From a virus (Duplodnaviria; Caudoviricetes), in IMG/VR virus record IMGVR_UViG_3300021133_000004, positions 1-59,960 of that record: DNA of 59,960 nt. One strand, 5' to 3'. The notes beneath the pieces are model-generated. The model was given only the letters and a program-made list of their open reading frames with translations. It was not told the origin of the DNA and searched no databases. Positions 45,872-55,050 of the stretch are shown piece after piece. Positions within the stretch are counted from its first letter, which is position 1. Every line of letters starts with the position of its first letter. A program made the translations under genes and the position numbers.

Positions 45872-46527
45872 AAGATCCGAAGGCTATCCAGAAAGCTTTG
45901 ATGGCCGCCAAGTCAATTGGCGACAGCATTGGTCTGGGGCGTAGGGATGTTTTGGACCAGCCTCAGAGGTATGCCACCGGCGGCTACATCCATAAAGCCA
46001 AAGGAGGCCACATTCATGACCACGCCAAGGCTGTCCGTCAGGCCCTGATGGCGGCGAAGGACGCTCCTATCCCAGAGAGCGCAAAAACCCTTAAGACGCA
46101 GCAGGGCATGTTCTTGGCCGGCAAGCGCAAGGCGATGCTTTACACCCACCAGGAGCCAGCCCTGCCCCAAGGTGCTGCCAGGCTTGTGACCCAGCATGGT
46201 GTTTTTCACTACAACCCTGCTTTGATTGACAAAAAAGCTATTGAGGCCGCCGTTGCCAACGGCCGTGTGAACGAAATTCTGGGTTTGGGGCCGTATTCCA
46301 AGACCGACGTTTTGTACCGTGTGGCCAAGGGTGAGCCTTTGGTTGGCGTTATAGGCCGGGATGCCGGCGGCCATGAAGCACTTTCTGCCGTTGGAACGCC
46401 CAGCACTGCGGCCGAACAGGCTATTGCCATAGGCCGCCAGTTGCCGGCGGGCGGTAACGTCGGGGTCGAGCATCCTGCAAAGGTTCTTATGGAACGCGCC
46501 TCGTCTAGGGGCTCCGAACCACAATGA
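45868..46527 (+). CDS. Hypothetical virion-associated protein with a GG-motif leader
   Basis: N-terminal KAxxxALMAAK twice, plus RYATGG and KAKGG, followed by a globular domain. Confidence 0.6.
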   Translation: MKDPKAIQKALMAAKSIGDSIGLGRRDVLDQPQRYATGGYIHKAKGGHIHDHAKAVRQALMAAKDAPIPESAKTLKTQQGMFLAGKRKAMLYTHQEPALPQGAARLVTQHGVFHYNPALIDKKAIEAAVANGRVNEILGLGPYSKTDVLYRVAKGEPLVGVIGRDAGGHEALSAVGTPSTAAEQAIAIGRQLPAGGNVGVEHPAKVLMERASSRGSEPQ

Positions 46528-46629
46528 CTTCAGTATTTTCCAAAATTCGGACTATCACTGCCTATGTCCGTGCTATAATTATGGCAGCACTCGCCGGGAC
46601 GCCGGTTCTAACCTCCATGGAGTACAACA

Positions 46630-48183
46630 ATGTCTGAACGTGCCAAAGAGGCAAGAAAGGCGATGCGCGCCAAGATTGCCCGTATTACGAAGCCCGAAGG
46701 CGATAACAGCAAGAATCAGATTGATGCCTCTGATTTTGTTGGCTACCCGGATCTGGAAACCACTGCCAAGACCGGTGCGCGCCCGATTTCGCGCCGCCAG
46801 TTTAAGCGCGGCGGCAAGATCGTTAAGGCTGAAGGCCACAAGGCCAAACATCACATGGGTCGTAAGGCCCGCAAAAGCGGAGGCAAGGCGCTGACCGCTG
46901 ACAGCCTGATCAACCGCAACGTCCGCGAAGCCAACGAAAATCGCGATGGCGTCAAGCACGTTGGCGCGTTCAAAAAGGGTGGCGCGGTCAAACGCAAGCA
47001 TAAGATGGACGGCGGTGATCTTGAGGGCAGCGGCACGACTTGGCCCGGTGGCGGCAATCCCCAGTCAGGTCTGGTTTTTCCTGCTTCTGCTGCCCAGAAG
47101 GCCGAGGCGGCAAAGGAGGCTGCGGCCCGCGCTGCGGATGATGCCAAGGAACGCGCCCGCGAAGACGAAATGTTCCGGTCCTATCGCTCGACCGGTAAGA
47201 AGCACGGCGGCAGTGCCCACCATAAGTCTCACCGCAAGCACAAGATGGACGGCGGTTCGTTTGTGCCGACCAGCCGCATGGCGTTCTCCGGTGGCGAATC
47301 CCGCATGTCGAAGGCGGCTGGCCTGAAGAAGGGCGGCCGGGCGCGTAAGGCTATTGGCGGAGCGGAAATGAACCCGGACGAAATGGAGGCCGCTAACCGC
47401 GTCATGCGCGTTTCTAACGCGAAGGGACGGTTGACTCCTCCAGATGCTATCGATGAACAGATTTTCGATAAATCTGCTCGCGAAAAGTATATGAACAAAA
47501 AGTACAACGAGTATCAGGACAGCAAGCCGCTTGATCTGACCAAGGAAATGATGGTCAAGAATCCCCGTAAGGGCCTCAAGGGTCTTTTCCGCAAGCGCGG
47601 CGGTTCTGCTCATAGCGACATCGCCGAAGACAAGAAGCTGATCAAGAAGGCTTTCCGTCAGCATGAAAACGCCGAACACGGCGGCAAGCATGCCGAACTG
47701 CACCTGAAGAAGGGTGGCTACGCCAAGAAGAAGCATGGCGGATCCATGAGCGTTTCGGATGGTGAGTATGAGGGTACCCGTCCGACCGGCGGTCGCCTGG
47801 CCCGCAGGCGCGGCGGTGCCGCTAAGGGCAAGATGAACGTCAACATCATCATCGCCCAGAAGCCCACCGATGGTTCGCATATGATGCCTCCGGGTGCTGG
47901 TCCGGCTCCGGCCCGTCCGGTTCCCGTGCCCCCGGCCCCGCCTCCGGGCGGCGCTCCGATGGGTGCCGGCGCTCCGATGCCCATGCCTATGCCGATGCCC
48001 CCCGCTGGCGGCGGCGCTCCGATGCCCCCGCCCCCGATGGGCCGTAAGCACGGTGGTAAGGTTGGTCACCGCAGCTACAAGTTCGTTAAGGACATGGACG
48101 CGGGCGCGGGTGGCGGCGAAGGTCGCCGCGAGAAGGTCAAGATCTATGGCCTGAAGCCGTCGCAGACCACGAAGAACTACTAA
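46630..48183 (+). CDS. Highly basic low-complexity protein with more than 12 (K/R)xxGG motifs and a Pro-rich tract
   Basis: FKRGG, RKSGG, FKKGG, KMDGG, KKHGG, LKKGG, RKRGG, RRRGG and RKHGG. Confidence 0.7.
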   Translation: MSERAKEARKAMRAKIARITKPEGDNSKNQIDASDFVGYPDLETTAKTGARPISRRQFKRGGKIVKAEGHKAKHHMGRKARKSGGKALTADSLINRNVREANENRDGVKHVGAFKKGGAVKRKHKMDGGDLEGSGTTWPGGGNPQSGLVFPASAAQKAEAAKEAAARAADDAKERAREDEMFRSYRSTGKKHGGSAHHKSHRKHKMDGGSFVPTSRMAFSGGESRMSKAAGLKKGGRARKAIGGAEMNPDEMEAANRVMRVSNAKGRLTPPDAIDEQIFDKSAREKYMNKKYNEYQDSKPLDLTKEMMVKNPRKGLKGLFRKRGGSAHSDIAEDKKLIKKAFRQHENAEHGGKHAELHLKKGGYAKKKHGGSMSVSDGEYEGTRPTGGRLARRRGGAAKGKMNVNIIIAQKPTDGSHMMPPGAGPAPARPVPVPPAPPPGGAPMGAGAPMPMPMPMPPAGGGAPMPPPPMGRKHGGKVGHRSYKFVKDMDAGAGGGEGRREKVKIYGLKPSQTTKNY

Positions 48184-48187
48184 CATT

Positions 48188-48216
48188 GAGGGGGCGGTGT
48201 AACAGCCGCCCCTTTC
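48188..48216 (+). terminator. Intrinsic terminator
   Basis: GGGGCGG/CCGCCCC stem followed by TTT. Confidence 0.65.
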
Positions 48217-48235
48217 AATCAACAAAGAGGAGAAA

Positions 48236-48436
48236 ATGTTTAATTACAATAACTTATTTGAAAGCGAATTAAGAAAATCAGTAGAAGAAGAAATAGACAG
48301 GCTAAAAGATAATCTTTCCAACGGACTAAGCGTCGTTGATTATCCCGAATACAAACACCAAGTAGGTAAAATTGCCGGTCTTCGTACAGTGTTGGAACTG
48401 TGCGACGAAGTTCAATCCAAGTTGTCTAAAAAATAA
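48236..48436 (+). CDS. Small coiled-coil head-region protein
   Basis: L.NG...DY.EYK..VG.I.GL motif with a GAGGAG RBS. Confidence 0.7.
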   Translation: MFNYNNLFESELRKSVEEEIDRLKDNLSNGLSVVDYPEYKHQVGKIAGLRTVLELCDEVQSKLSKK

Positions 48437-48450
48437 ACGGAGATTGTTTA

Positions 48451-48843
48451 ATGCCGTACATGGTTATGACTCACGAAAATGATCCTAAAGAACTGTTAAA
48501 GAAAGAAATTGGAGATCTCAGCCAGATTGAGATTTTCAACACTCAGATTCTTTGCGCCGTTTATATCCGACCCCAGAAGACAAAAAGTGGCCTTTATCTT
48601 CCCGACTCTACTGTCGCCGAAGATCAGCATCAGTCCAAAGTTGGTCTTGTCGTGAAGATGGGGGCTGATGCTTTCATTGATGATACCGGCAAATGGTTCA
48701 AAGACGGCAAGATTGAACTTGATGATTGGGTGGTTTTTCGCCCGTCAGATGGCTGGAGCATCACTGTGAACGGCGTTCTGTGCCGTATTCTTGATGATAC
48801 CAATGTCCGTGGACGCATTCAGCAGCCAGATCAGGTCTGGTAA
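48451..48843 (+). CDS. groES: GroES-like co-chaperonin
   Basis: KTKSGLYLPD mobile loop, VGLVVKMG.DA, DWVVF and RILDD motifs. Confidence 0.8.
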   Translation: MPYMVMTHENDPKELLKKEIGDLSQIEIFNTQILCAVYIRPQKTKSGLYLPDSTVAEDQHQSKVGLVVKMGADAFIDDTGKWFKDGKIELDDWVVFRPSDGWSITVNGVLCRILDDTNVRGRIQQPDQVW

Positions 48844-48852
48844 GGAGATTTT

Positions 48853-49755
48853 ATGTCTAAAGAACCGGAACAAATTGAAATTGAATTGGAAGAAGTCGAA
48901 AAGAAGCCGGAAGCGGCTGAAATTGAAGTCGTAAAGGCCGAAGAAAAACAGGAAAATCCTGAACTGAAGGTTTTGGAACCCGAAGAAGGCTTGGAAAAGC
49001 TGAAAGCTGATCTGGAACGCGAGCGCAATGGCCGTTTGGAGGCTGAAAAGCGTGAGCGGGAAGCCCGTCAGACCGCATTTAAGGCCCAAAACGAAGTGCA
49101 GGACACTAATCTGCACCTGGTTACCAATGCCATTGAAACCGTTAAGCAGACTGCGGACGTTTTGAAGGCTAATTACCGCGAAGCCATGTCAATGGGCGAC
49201 TTTGACCGGGCTGCGGAGGTGCAGCAGGCCATGGCAACCAACGCTGCAAAGATGTTGCAGCTTGAACAGGGCAAGCAGGCGCTGGAATCCCAGCCCAAGC
49301 AGAAGGCCCCGGAACAGTACCGGTCTTCGGATCCTGTCGAAGCCTTGGCCAGTCAGCTTTCGCCCCGTTCGGCCGATTGGGTTCGCCGTAATCCGCAGTG
49401 CGTGACCGACCCGCGCCTATACCAGAAGATGGTTGCGGCCCATAACTTGGCTGTTGCAGACGGTTATGAGCCGGATTCGGACGATTATTTTGATCAGATT
49501 GAAACCACGCTCAAAATGAACCGCCGCGAAGCCCCGGTTCAGGACGACGCCATGGCGGAGGCTGCCAAGCCTGTGCAGCGCCGTTCTTCGCCGCCGGCAG
49601 CGCCTGTCACCCGTAGCGGTAACGGCACCGGTACCAACCCAAATCGCGTTCGCCTGTCTTCGCAAGAACGTGAGATGGCCCAGATGATGGGTATGACCGA
49701 CCAGGAGTATGCGAAGAACAAACTTCTCTTGCAAAGAGAGGGGAAAATAAATTGA
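48853..49755 (+). CDS. Capsid scaffolding protein (putative)
   Basis: Acidic coiled-coil body with C-terminal VRLS...EMA..MGMT..EYAK. Confidence 0.7.
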   Translation: MSKEPEQIEIELEEVEKKPEAAEIEVVKAEEKQENPELKVLEPEEGLEKLKADLERERNGRLEAEKREREARQTAFKAQNEVQDTNLHLVTNAIETVKQTADVLKANYREAMSMGDFDRAAEVQQAMATNAAKMLQLEQGKQALESQPKQKAPEQYRSSDPVEALASQLSPRSADWVRRNPQCVTDPRLYQKMVAAHNLAVADGYEPDSDDYFDQIETTLKMNRREAPVQDDAMAEAAKPVQRRSSPPAAPVTRSGNGTGTNPNRVRLSSQEREMAQMMGMTDQEYAKNKLLLQREGKIN

Positions 49756-50264
49756 AAAAGTTATTTTATGTTTACGAGCATTGGAGACCAGACACCAACC
49801 AATGCATTTATGTTGGTAAAGGTTCTGGAAACAGGGCTAGAAATATGAACCGCGATAGATGCAATCAACATCGCGGGATTATAAAAGATTTAGAAGAAAG
49901 AGGGCTTTGCATTGAAGTCAAAATTTTCATTGGTGGGTTAACTGAGCCTGAAGCTTTTGAAAGGGAAAGATCGCGCATTAAATTTATGCTCGATTCTGGA
50001 GAACCAATAGTAAATATTTTGAATGTCCCTGAGTACAATAAAAGATTCGGAAACCCAAAAGAAAAGCATCCCTTATGGGGGAAAAAACATTCGGAAGAAT
50101 CAAAAAAGAAAATGAAAGAGTCTGCTAAGAACAGGCCAAAAAGAAAACACACGCAAGAAACAAAAGAAAAGATGCAAAAATCGGCGTTAGAAAGACCAGA
50201 TTTTCAACAAAATATGGAAAAAATGTGGTCTTTAAATTCTTTGAAACATAAGGAGTTGAACTAG
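49752..50264 (+). CDS. Free-standing GIY-YIG homing endonuclease with NUMOD3 repeats
   Basis: FYVYEH...YVGKG...R, KHSEESKKKM and KHTQETKEKM motifs. AT-rich. Confidence 0.8.
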   Translation: MKKLFYVYEHWRPDTNQCIYVGKGSGNRARNMNRDRCNQHRGIIKDLEERGLCIEVKIFIGGLTEPEAFERERSRIKFMLDSGEPIVNILNVPEYNKRFGNPKEKHPLWGKKHSEESKKKMKESAKNRPKRKHTQETKEKMQKSALERPDFQQNMEKMWSLNSLKHKELN

Positions 50265-50265
50265 C

Positions 50266-50868
50266 ATGGAAAACGAAGCCCCCAAGCGCATGGGACGCCC
50301 GCGCAAGCCGCGCGCTGCCCCTGTTACTATCGAAGCCACTGCCGCCGTTGTTCCGGCGGAGGAAGGCACGTCCATCCCCCGCCCCGATATGCGCCCTGAA
50401 AAGCGCGCTGAAGACCCCCGCGCCCGTGCTGCCAAGCGCGCCGCTGAGATCAGGGGCCATCTGGGCGACATGGACGAAGGCGTGGACGATTTCCGCGCCC
50501 CGGAAGCGCCTCCCGGCTGGAATTACGAATGGAAGCGCAAGACCCTGCTGGGTGCCGAAGATCCGGCCTATGCCGTCAGCCTGGCCCGTACCGGCTGGGA
50601 GCCTGTGCCGGCCGATCGCCACCCGTCTTACATGCCCACAGGCAATAAACATGCCACGATTGAGCGGAAGGGCATGATCCTGATGGAACGCCCGCAGGAA
50701 CTGACCGACGAAGCCCGCGAAATTGAGCGTAAAAAGGCCCGTAATCAGGTCCGCCAGAAGGAAGCCCAGCTTAACGCGGCCCCTGAAGGCCAGTTTGGTC
50801 GCGATCACGACCAGGTTAAAGCCAAGATTAACAAGACCTATGAGGCCATGCCTATTCCCAAAGACTAA
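50266..50868 (+). CDS. Conserved head-region hypothetical protein
   Basis: PPGW.YEW.R, GWEPV and G.ILM..P motifs. Confidence 0.7.
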   Translation: MENEAPKRMGRPRKPRAAPVTIEATAAVVPAEEGTSIPRPDMRPEKRAEDPRARAAKRAAEIRGHLGDMDEGVDDFRAPEAPPGWNYEWKRKTLLGAEDPAYAVSLARTGWEPVPADRHPSYMPTGNKHATIERKGMILMERPQELTDEAREIERKKARNQVRQKEAQLNAAPEGQFGRDHDQVKAKINKTYEAMPIPKD

Positions 50869-50876
50869 ATACACTA

Positions 50877-50908
50877 AGGGGCGGGTAGAAATATCCGCCC
50901 CTTTGTTT
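50877..50908 (+). terminator. Intrinsic terminator
   Basis: AGGGGCGG/CCGCCCCT stem followed by TTGTTT. Confidence 0.7.
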
Positions 50909-50914
50909 GTACTG

Positions 50915-51013
50915 TTGACATGATGTGAAATGGGGCGTATTTCTTGCGACACAGCCCCTCCCCCGGCGTGGAGGGTTAATTTATCCCCGGTCTAAGTCGC
51001 CCCGGCGTGCGAT
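50915..51013 (+). promoter_or_regulatory. Capsid-operon promoter and structured leader
   Basis: TTGACA at 50915 and TATTT 17 bp later. Two hairpins share the identical loop CCCGGCGT. Confidence 0.55.
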
Positions 51014-51042
51014 GATGGCCTCCTAGAAAAGGAGAACCCGTC

Positions 51043-51639
51043 ATGGCGAATACTTTCGCGCCTTTCGGTTTTAGTCAGTACGGTGGTACCGGCTCTGCTC
51101 CCACTTATGAGCAGGTCGCGTCCTTCTGCGCCTACAACACTGCCGCCATGTATTATGGCGATCCCATCTACCGCAATGGCACCACTGGTGGCGTGTATCC
51201 CACGACCCCCGGCACTGGTATTCTTGCGGGCGTCTTCGTTGGTTGCAAGTACCTGTCGGTTTCGCAGAAGCGTACCGTCTGGAGCAACTTCTGGGGCGCT
51301 TCTGACGTTGCCAGCGGCAACAACCCCGAAGTGTATATCGTGAATGACCCCAACGCCCGTTTCTTGGCGCAGGTCGGCGGTTCCACTTCGACCGGTCTGG
51401 CTGCTGCCGACATCGGCGCGAACGTGCAGTTCAATTACGGCACCCCCAATACCTCCAGCGGTATTTCGGGCGCGTACATTGACATCACTGTCACCCCCAC
51501 CACCACTGCCACTCTGCCCTTTAAGGTTGTCAGCCTTCCGGCTGACCCGCCGGGTGCGAATGGCACGTCGTCTGGCGCTTACAACTATGCGGTTGTGGCG
51601 ATCAACAACGTCGAAACCAAGACCCTCACGGGCGTCTAA
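51043..51639 (+). CDS. Capsid decoration / cement-type protein
   Basis: MAN..APFGF, GVFVGC.Y and V.DP motifs. Directly upstream of the major capsid gene, strong RBS. Confidence 0.65.
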   Translation: MANTFAPFGFSQYGGTGSAPTYEQVASFCAYNTAAMYYGDPIYRNGTTGGVYPTTPGTGILAGVFVGCKYLSVSQKRTVWSNFWGASDVASGNNPEVYIVNDPNARFLAQVGGSTSTGLAAADIGANVQFNYGTPNTSSGISGAYIDITVTPTTTATLPFKVVSLPADPPGANGTSSGAYNYAVVAINNVETKTLTGV

Positions 51640-51652
51640 GGAGTAAGGACCA

Positions 51653-52588
51653 ATGGCTGTTAATCTTTCAGCAATCAAAGACCTTCTCCTCCCCGGCCTC
51701 CGTGGGGTTGAAGGCAAGTACGAGATGATCCCGTCTCAGTACGACAAGATCTTCACCAAGCATGATTCCAAGCTGGCTCTCGAACGTACCGCTGAAATGC
51801 GTTACCTCGGTCTGGCCCAGTTGAAGACGGAAGGCGCTCAGACTTCCTTCGACAACAACGCTGGTGAGCGTTACGTCTACAATCAGGAACACAATGAAAT
51901 TGCGCTGGGCTATGCCATCACGCGCAAAGCCATTGACGACAACCTGTACAAGACGCAGTTCCACCCGTCGAACCTCGGTCTGATTGAATCTTTCCAGCAG
52001 ACCAAGGAAATCTACGGCTCGAACATCCTGAACAGTTCCACGACCTACAACGCCAATATCGGCGGTGACGGCGTGTCCCTGTTGGGCTACAATTCGTCGG
52101 GCACTCTTGTGAACCATCCCATTGATGGTGGCACGGTTGCGAATACCCCGGCGACTCAGGTTGATCTGAACGAAGCTACGCTGCTGAACGCGATGATCGC
52201 GATCCGCACGAACTTTAAGGATCAGGCTGGCCTGAAGGTGTTCGCCCGTGGTCGTAAGCTGATCGTTCCTCCGCAGTTGGAGCCGGTTGCGATTCGTCTG
52301 ACGAAGACGGAACTGCGTCCGGGTACTGCGGACAACGACGTGAACGCGATCATCTCGACGGCTGGCGGTCTGCCCGAAGGCTACATGGTCAACGACTTCT
52401 TGACCTCTGCCTACGCGTGGTTCCTGCTGACCAACATCGATGGTCTGTCGTACATGAGCCGCGTGGCCTTTGAGACGGACATGCAGGTGGACTTCGTGAC
52501 GGACAACCTGCTTGTGAAGGGCTACGAGCGTTACAGCTTCGGCTACTACAACTGGCGTTCGATCTACGGTTCGACCCCCACCTCGTAA
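51653..52588 (+). CDS. Major capsid protein
   Basis: 311 aa. LLPGL, K.EG, ALGYAIT..AI.DNLY, KLIVPP.L, DNDVN and K..ERYSFG motifs. Confidence 0.9.
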   Translation: MAVNLSAIKDLLLPGLRGVEGKYEMIPSQYDKIFTKHDSKLALERTAEMRYLGLAQLKTEGAQTSFDNNAGERYVYNQEHNEIALGYAITRKAIDDNLYKTQFHPSNLGLIESFQQTKEIYGSNILNSSTTYNANIGGDGVSLLGYNSSGTLVNHPIDGGTVANTPATQVDLNEATLLNAMIAIRTNFKDQAGLKVFARGRKLIVPPQLEPVAIRLTKTELRPGTADNDVNAIISTAGGLPEGYMVNDFLTSAYAWFLLTNIDGLSYMSRVAFETDMQVDFVTDNLLVKGYERYSFGYYNWRSIYGSTPTS

Positions 52589-52641
52589 TCGGAAATTTCT
52601 CCTCCCAGTAAAATGGGAGGGGAATCCCCAAAGGAGACAAC

Positions 52642-53151
52642 ATGTCTAGTACAGTCTTTACGGGTCCGGTTCTGGCGGGCAATGTTCTCAACAGCGACGG
52701 CACGGGTAATCTGGCCGGAGTTGGTGGCAGCAACGGTCAGCAGAATGTGGGCTTTTGTCAGATGGCGCAGTCTGCGGCCATCACGCAGGCTACCAATGGT
52801 TCGGTGGCCGGTGTTTACACGACGACTATCGTTATTCCGGCGCAGAGCCAGATTACCGATATTTACTTGATGGTCACTGCTGGTTGGTCTGGCGCTGCCA
52901 AGACCATCGGCATTGGCACCACGGTTTCCGCGACGGCTCTTACCGCCGCTGCTGCTGTGGACGCGACCAATGTTGGTCAGATCACGATCACCCCCGGCAC
53001 CAATGCCACGGCGATCTCGAACTGGAACAACACTGGCACCACCGACATCGAAATCGTCGTCACTTCCACCAACACCGGAACGGGTGCGGGCGTTCTGACC
53101 GTTTGCTACTTGCAGGCGATCAACGGCTTCACCAACGGCCAGTACACTTAA
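52642..53151 (+). CDS. Virion structural / decoration protein
   Basis: T.FTGPV..G and IPA.SQI.DI motifs. Follows the hairpin at ~52596-52627. Confidence 0.65.
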   Translation: MSSTVFTGPVLAGNVLNSDGTGNLAGVGGSNGQQNVGFCQMAQSAAITQATNGSVAGVYTTTIVIPAQSQITDIYLMVTAGWSGAAKTIGIGTTVSATALTAAAAVDATNVGQITITPGTNATAISNWNNTGTTDIEIVVTSTNTGTGAGVLTVCYLQAINGFTNGQYT

Positions 53152-53163
53152 TAGGAGAGATCC

Positions 53164-53517
53164 ATGAAGGGTCACAAGGCACACCACTCGCGTAAGCACC
53201 GCAACACCGGCGGCGTCAATGAGGCCGAAATGGACCTCAAGATGAAGCCGGAAGCGCGTACCAATGCCAAGAAGATCGACGCGGAGGCCGAAGAGCGCCG
53301 CCACGGCGGTCGCGCCAAGCGCAAGCACGGCGGTCACGTTTCGCATCATCACCACGGCATGGTGAAGCATGTTGGCCATGTTGAAGGCAAGCACGCTATG
53401 CACCACGCTGGCCGTAAGGCCCGCAAGTCTGGCGGTTCGTGCGAAGCCAACCCCTTCTCTTCCGCCCGTAAGGGCACGGCTGCTAAGGGCCGTAAGGAAG
53501 AGACGGAGTTCGAATAA
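53164..53517 (+). CDS. His/Lys/Arg-rich small protein with GG motifs
   Basis: RNTGG, RRHGG, RKHGG and RKSGG. Followed by a hairpin at ~53527-53553. Confidence 0.65.
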   Translation: MKGHKAHHSRKHRNTGGVNEAEMDLKMKPEARTNAKKIDAEAEERRHGGRAKRKHGGHVSHHHHGMVKHVGHVEGKHAMHHAGRKARKSGGSCEANPFSSARKGTAAKGRKEETEFE

Positions 53518-53573
53518 GATAGACAGTAGGCGGAGGCCACCACCTCCGCCTACCACCTTCTAGGAGATGCGGC

Positions 53574-53843
53574 ATGGCCGGTGCTTGGACGCGCAAAGAG
53601 GGCAAGAATCCTGCTGGCGGTCTGAATGAAAAAGGCCGTGAGTCGCTTCGTGCCGAAGGTCACCATATCAAGCGGCCAGTTTCTTCCGAAGAAGCCAAAC
53701 ACAGCCCCGCTGCCGCGCAGCGGCGCGAAAACTTCAGAACTCGTATGTGCGGCACGAAGGAAAAGCTGACTTCTGCTAAGACCGCACACGATCCCAACAG
53801 CCGGATTAATCTGGCGCTCAAGAAATGGGATGTTAAGTGCTGA
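53574..53843 (+). CDS. Basic phage protein (DUF6321-like)
   Basis: AWTRKEGKNP.GGLN.KGR, RR..F..RM and DPNSRIN.AL..W motifs. Confidence 0.7.
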   Translation: MAGAWTRKEGKNPAGGLNEKGRESLRAEGHHIKRPVSSEEAKHSPAAAQRRENFRTRMCGTKEKLTSAKTAHDPNSRINLALKKWDVKC

Positions 53844-53844
53844 C

Positions 53845-54018
53845 ATGAGCAAGAATCCTTTTTGGGAAAAATCAGCACCAAAAGACGCAGTTCACAAGCA
53901 TTTGGACCGTCATGGTGTTAAAATGGCTAAAGCCCATGCGCGGGCTGCTGGCAGGCCGTATCCCAATCTGGTTGATAATGTCGCTGCCGCCCGCGCTGGA
54001 CACACGAAAGGTAAATAA
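53845..54018 (+). CDS. Small basic phage protein
   Basis: AKA.ARAAGRPYPNLVDN motif. Confidence 0.65.
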   Translation: MSKNPFWEKSAPKDAVHKHLDRHGVKMAKAHARAAGRPYPNLVDNVAAARAGHTKGK

Positions 54019-54020
54019 CA

Positions 54021-54350
54021 ATGGCGATGCCGAGTATTGTTTTGACGCAGACTGGCGCTGGCGCTTCTACCTACGCCATCCCTGATTGGTTTCAGAACCC
54101 GTTTAACATTGGCTTACAGGCGGTTGTTACCGGCACTGTTAGCTCGTTTGCTGTTCAGTATACGCTGGATGACACGACCGCTGACGGGTATGTCGCTTCG
54201 AGCGGTAACTGGACTGCTGTGCCCAGCATGACCGGTCTTTCGGCCACTACTTGGGGCACGTTGACCGTGCCCTGCCGTGGTATCCGCATTAACGTCACCA
54301 CTGGTCCCGGCACCGTTACCCTGAACATCCAGCAGGCGGGCACTCGCTAA
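54021..54350 (+). CDS. Small beta-rich virion protein
   Basis: VQYTLDD...W and P..GIR.NVT.G.GTV....QAG motifs. Confidence 0.65.
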   Translation: MAMPSIVLTQTGAGASTYAIPDWFQNPFNIGLQAVVTGTVSSFAVQYTLDDTTADGYVASSGNWTAVPSMTGLSATTWGTLTVPCRGIRINVTTGPGTVTLNIQQAGTR

Positions 54351-54360
54351 GGAGTGACCT

Positions 54361-55050
54361 ATGACGACTAGCGGTACTTGGAACTTTAACCCCGGACTGG
54401 GCGAAGCGACTATCTACGCTTTCAACCTGTGCGGCGTTCGCGGCACGGAGATTCTTCAGGAACACATGGAATCGGCCCGTATGGCCGCAAACATGATGCT
54501 GGGTCGCTGGAGCAGCGAAGGCGTTAATCTTTGGGCGGTTGATCTACAATCCATTCCGCTGGTTCAAGGCGTTTCAACCTATTCGGTGCCGTCCAACACC
54601 ATTGTCATGCTGGATTCGTATGTGGTCGTTAGCAGCGGTGGCGTAACCACGAACCGCCTGATCCTGCCGATCAGCCGCACAGAATATGCGTCGTATCCCA
54701 ATCCCAGCCAGCAGGGCTTTCCGACCACCTATTGGTTTGACCGCCTTCTGTCGCCCACGGTGACGCTCTGGCCGACACCGGATGGCAACGAAACATCGTT
54801 TAACTATTATCGCGTTCGGCAGTTGCAGGATTCCGAATTTACTAACGGCCAGACAGTAGAAATTCCCTATTATTTCCTAGAAGCCTTCGCCTATGGCTTG
54901 GCGCAGCGTCTTGCCATGATCTGGGCACCGGAAAAGGTCGCCATGCTGAAGCCGTTGGCTGATGAAGCCTACAACATTGCGGTGCAGCAGAACGTCGAAA
55001 CAGCGCAGCAGTATATTTCCCCGCAAATTTCTTCGTACTTTCGGCCATGA
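54361..55050 (+). CDS. Head-tail adaptor-type protein
   Basis: MTTSGT..F, W...GVNLW, ISR.EY...PN...QG.P and LWPTPD motifs. Confidence 0.7.
   Translation: MTTSGTWNFNPGLGEATIYAFNLCGVRGTEILQEHMESARMAANMMLGRWSSEGVNLWAVDLQSIPLVQGVSTYSVPSNTIVMLDSYVVVSSGGVTTNRLILPISRTEYASYPNPSQQGFPTTYWFDRLLSPTVTLWPTPDGNETSFNYYRVRQLQDSEFTNGQTVEIPYYFLEAFAYGLAQRLAMIWAPEKVAMLKPLADEAYNIAVQQNVETAQQYISPQISSYFRP

Noticed and set aside
41249-48225. Long antisense ORFs (41249-43021, 43445-44380, 44792-45808, 47065-48225; likewise 33172-34170 and 35558-36268)
   Set aside because: They are shadows of GC-rich genes on the other strand with no motifs. The 33172-34170 ORF crosses the IS boundary.
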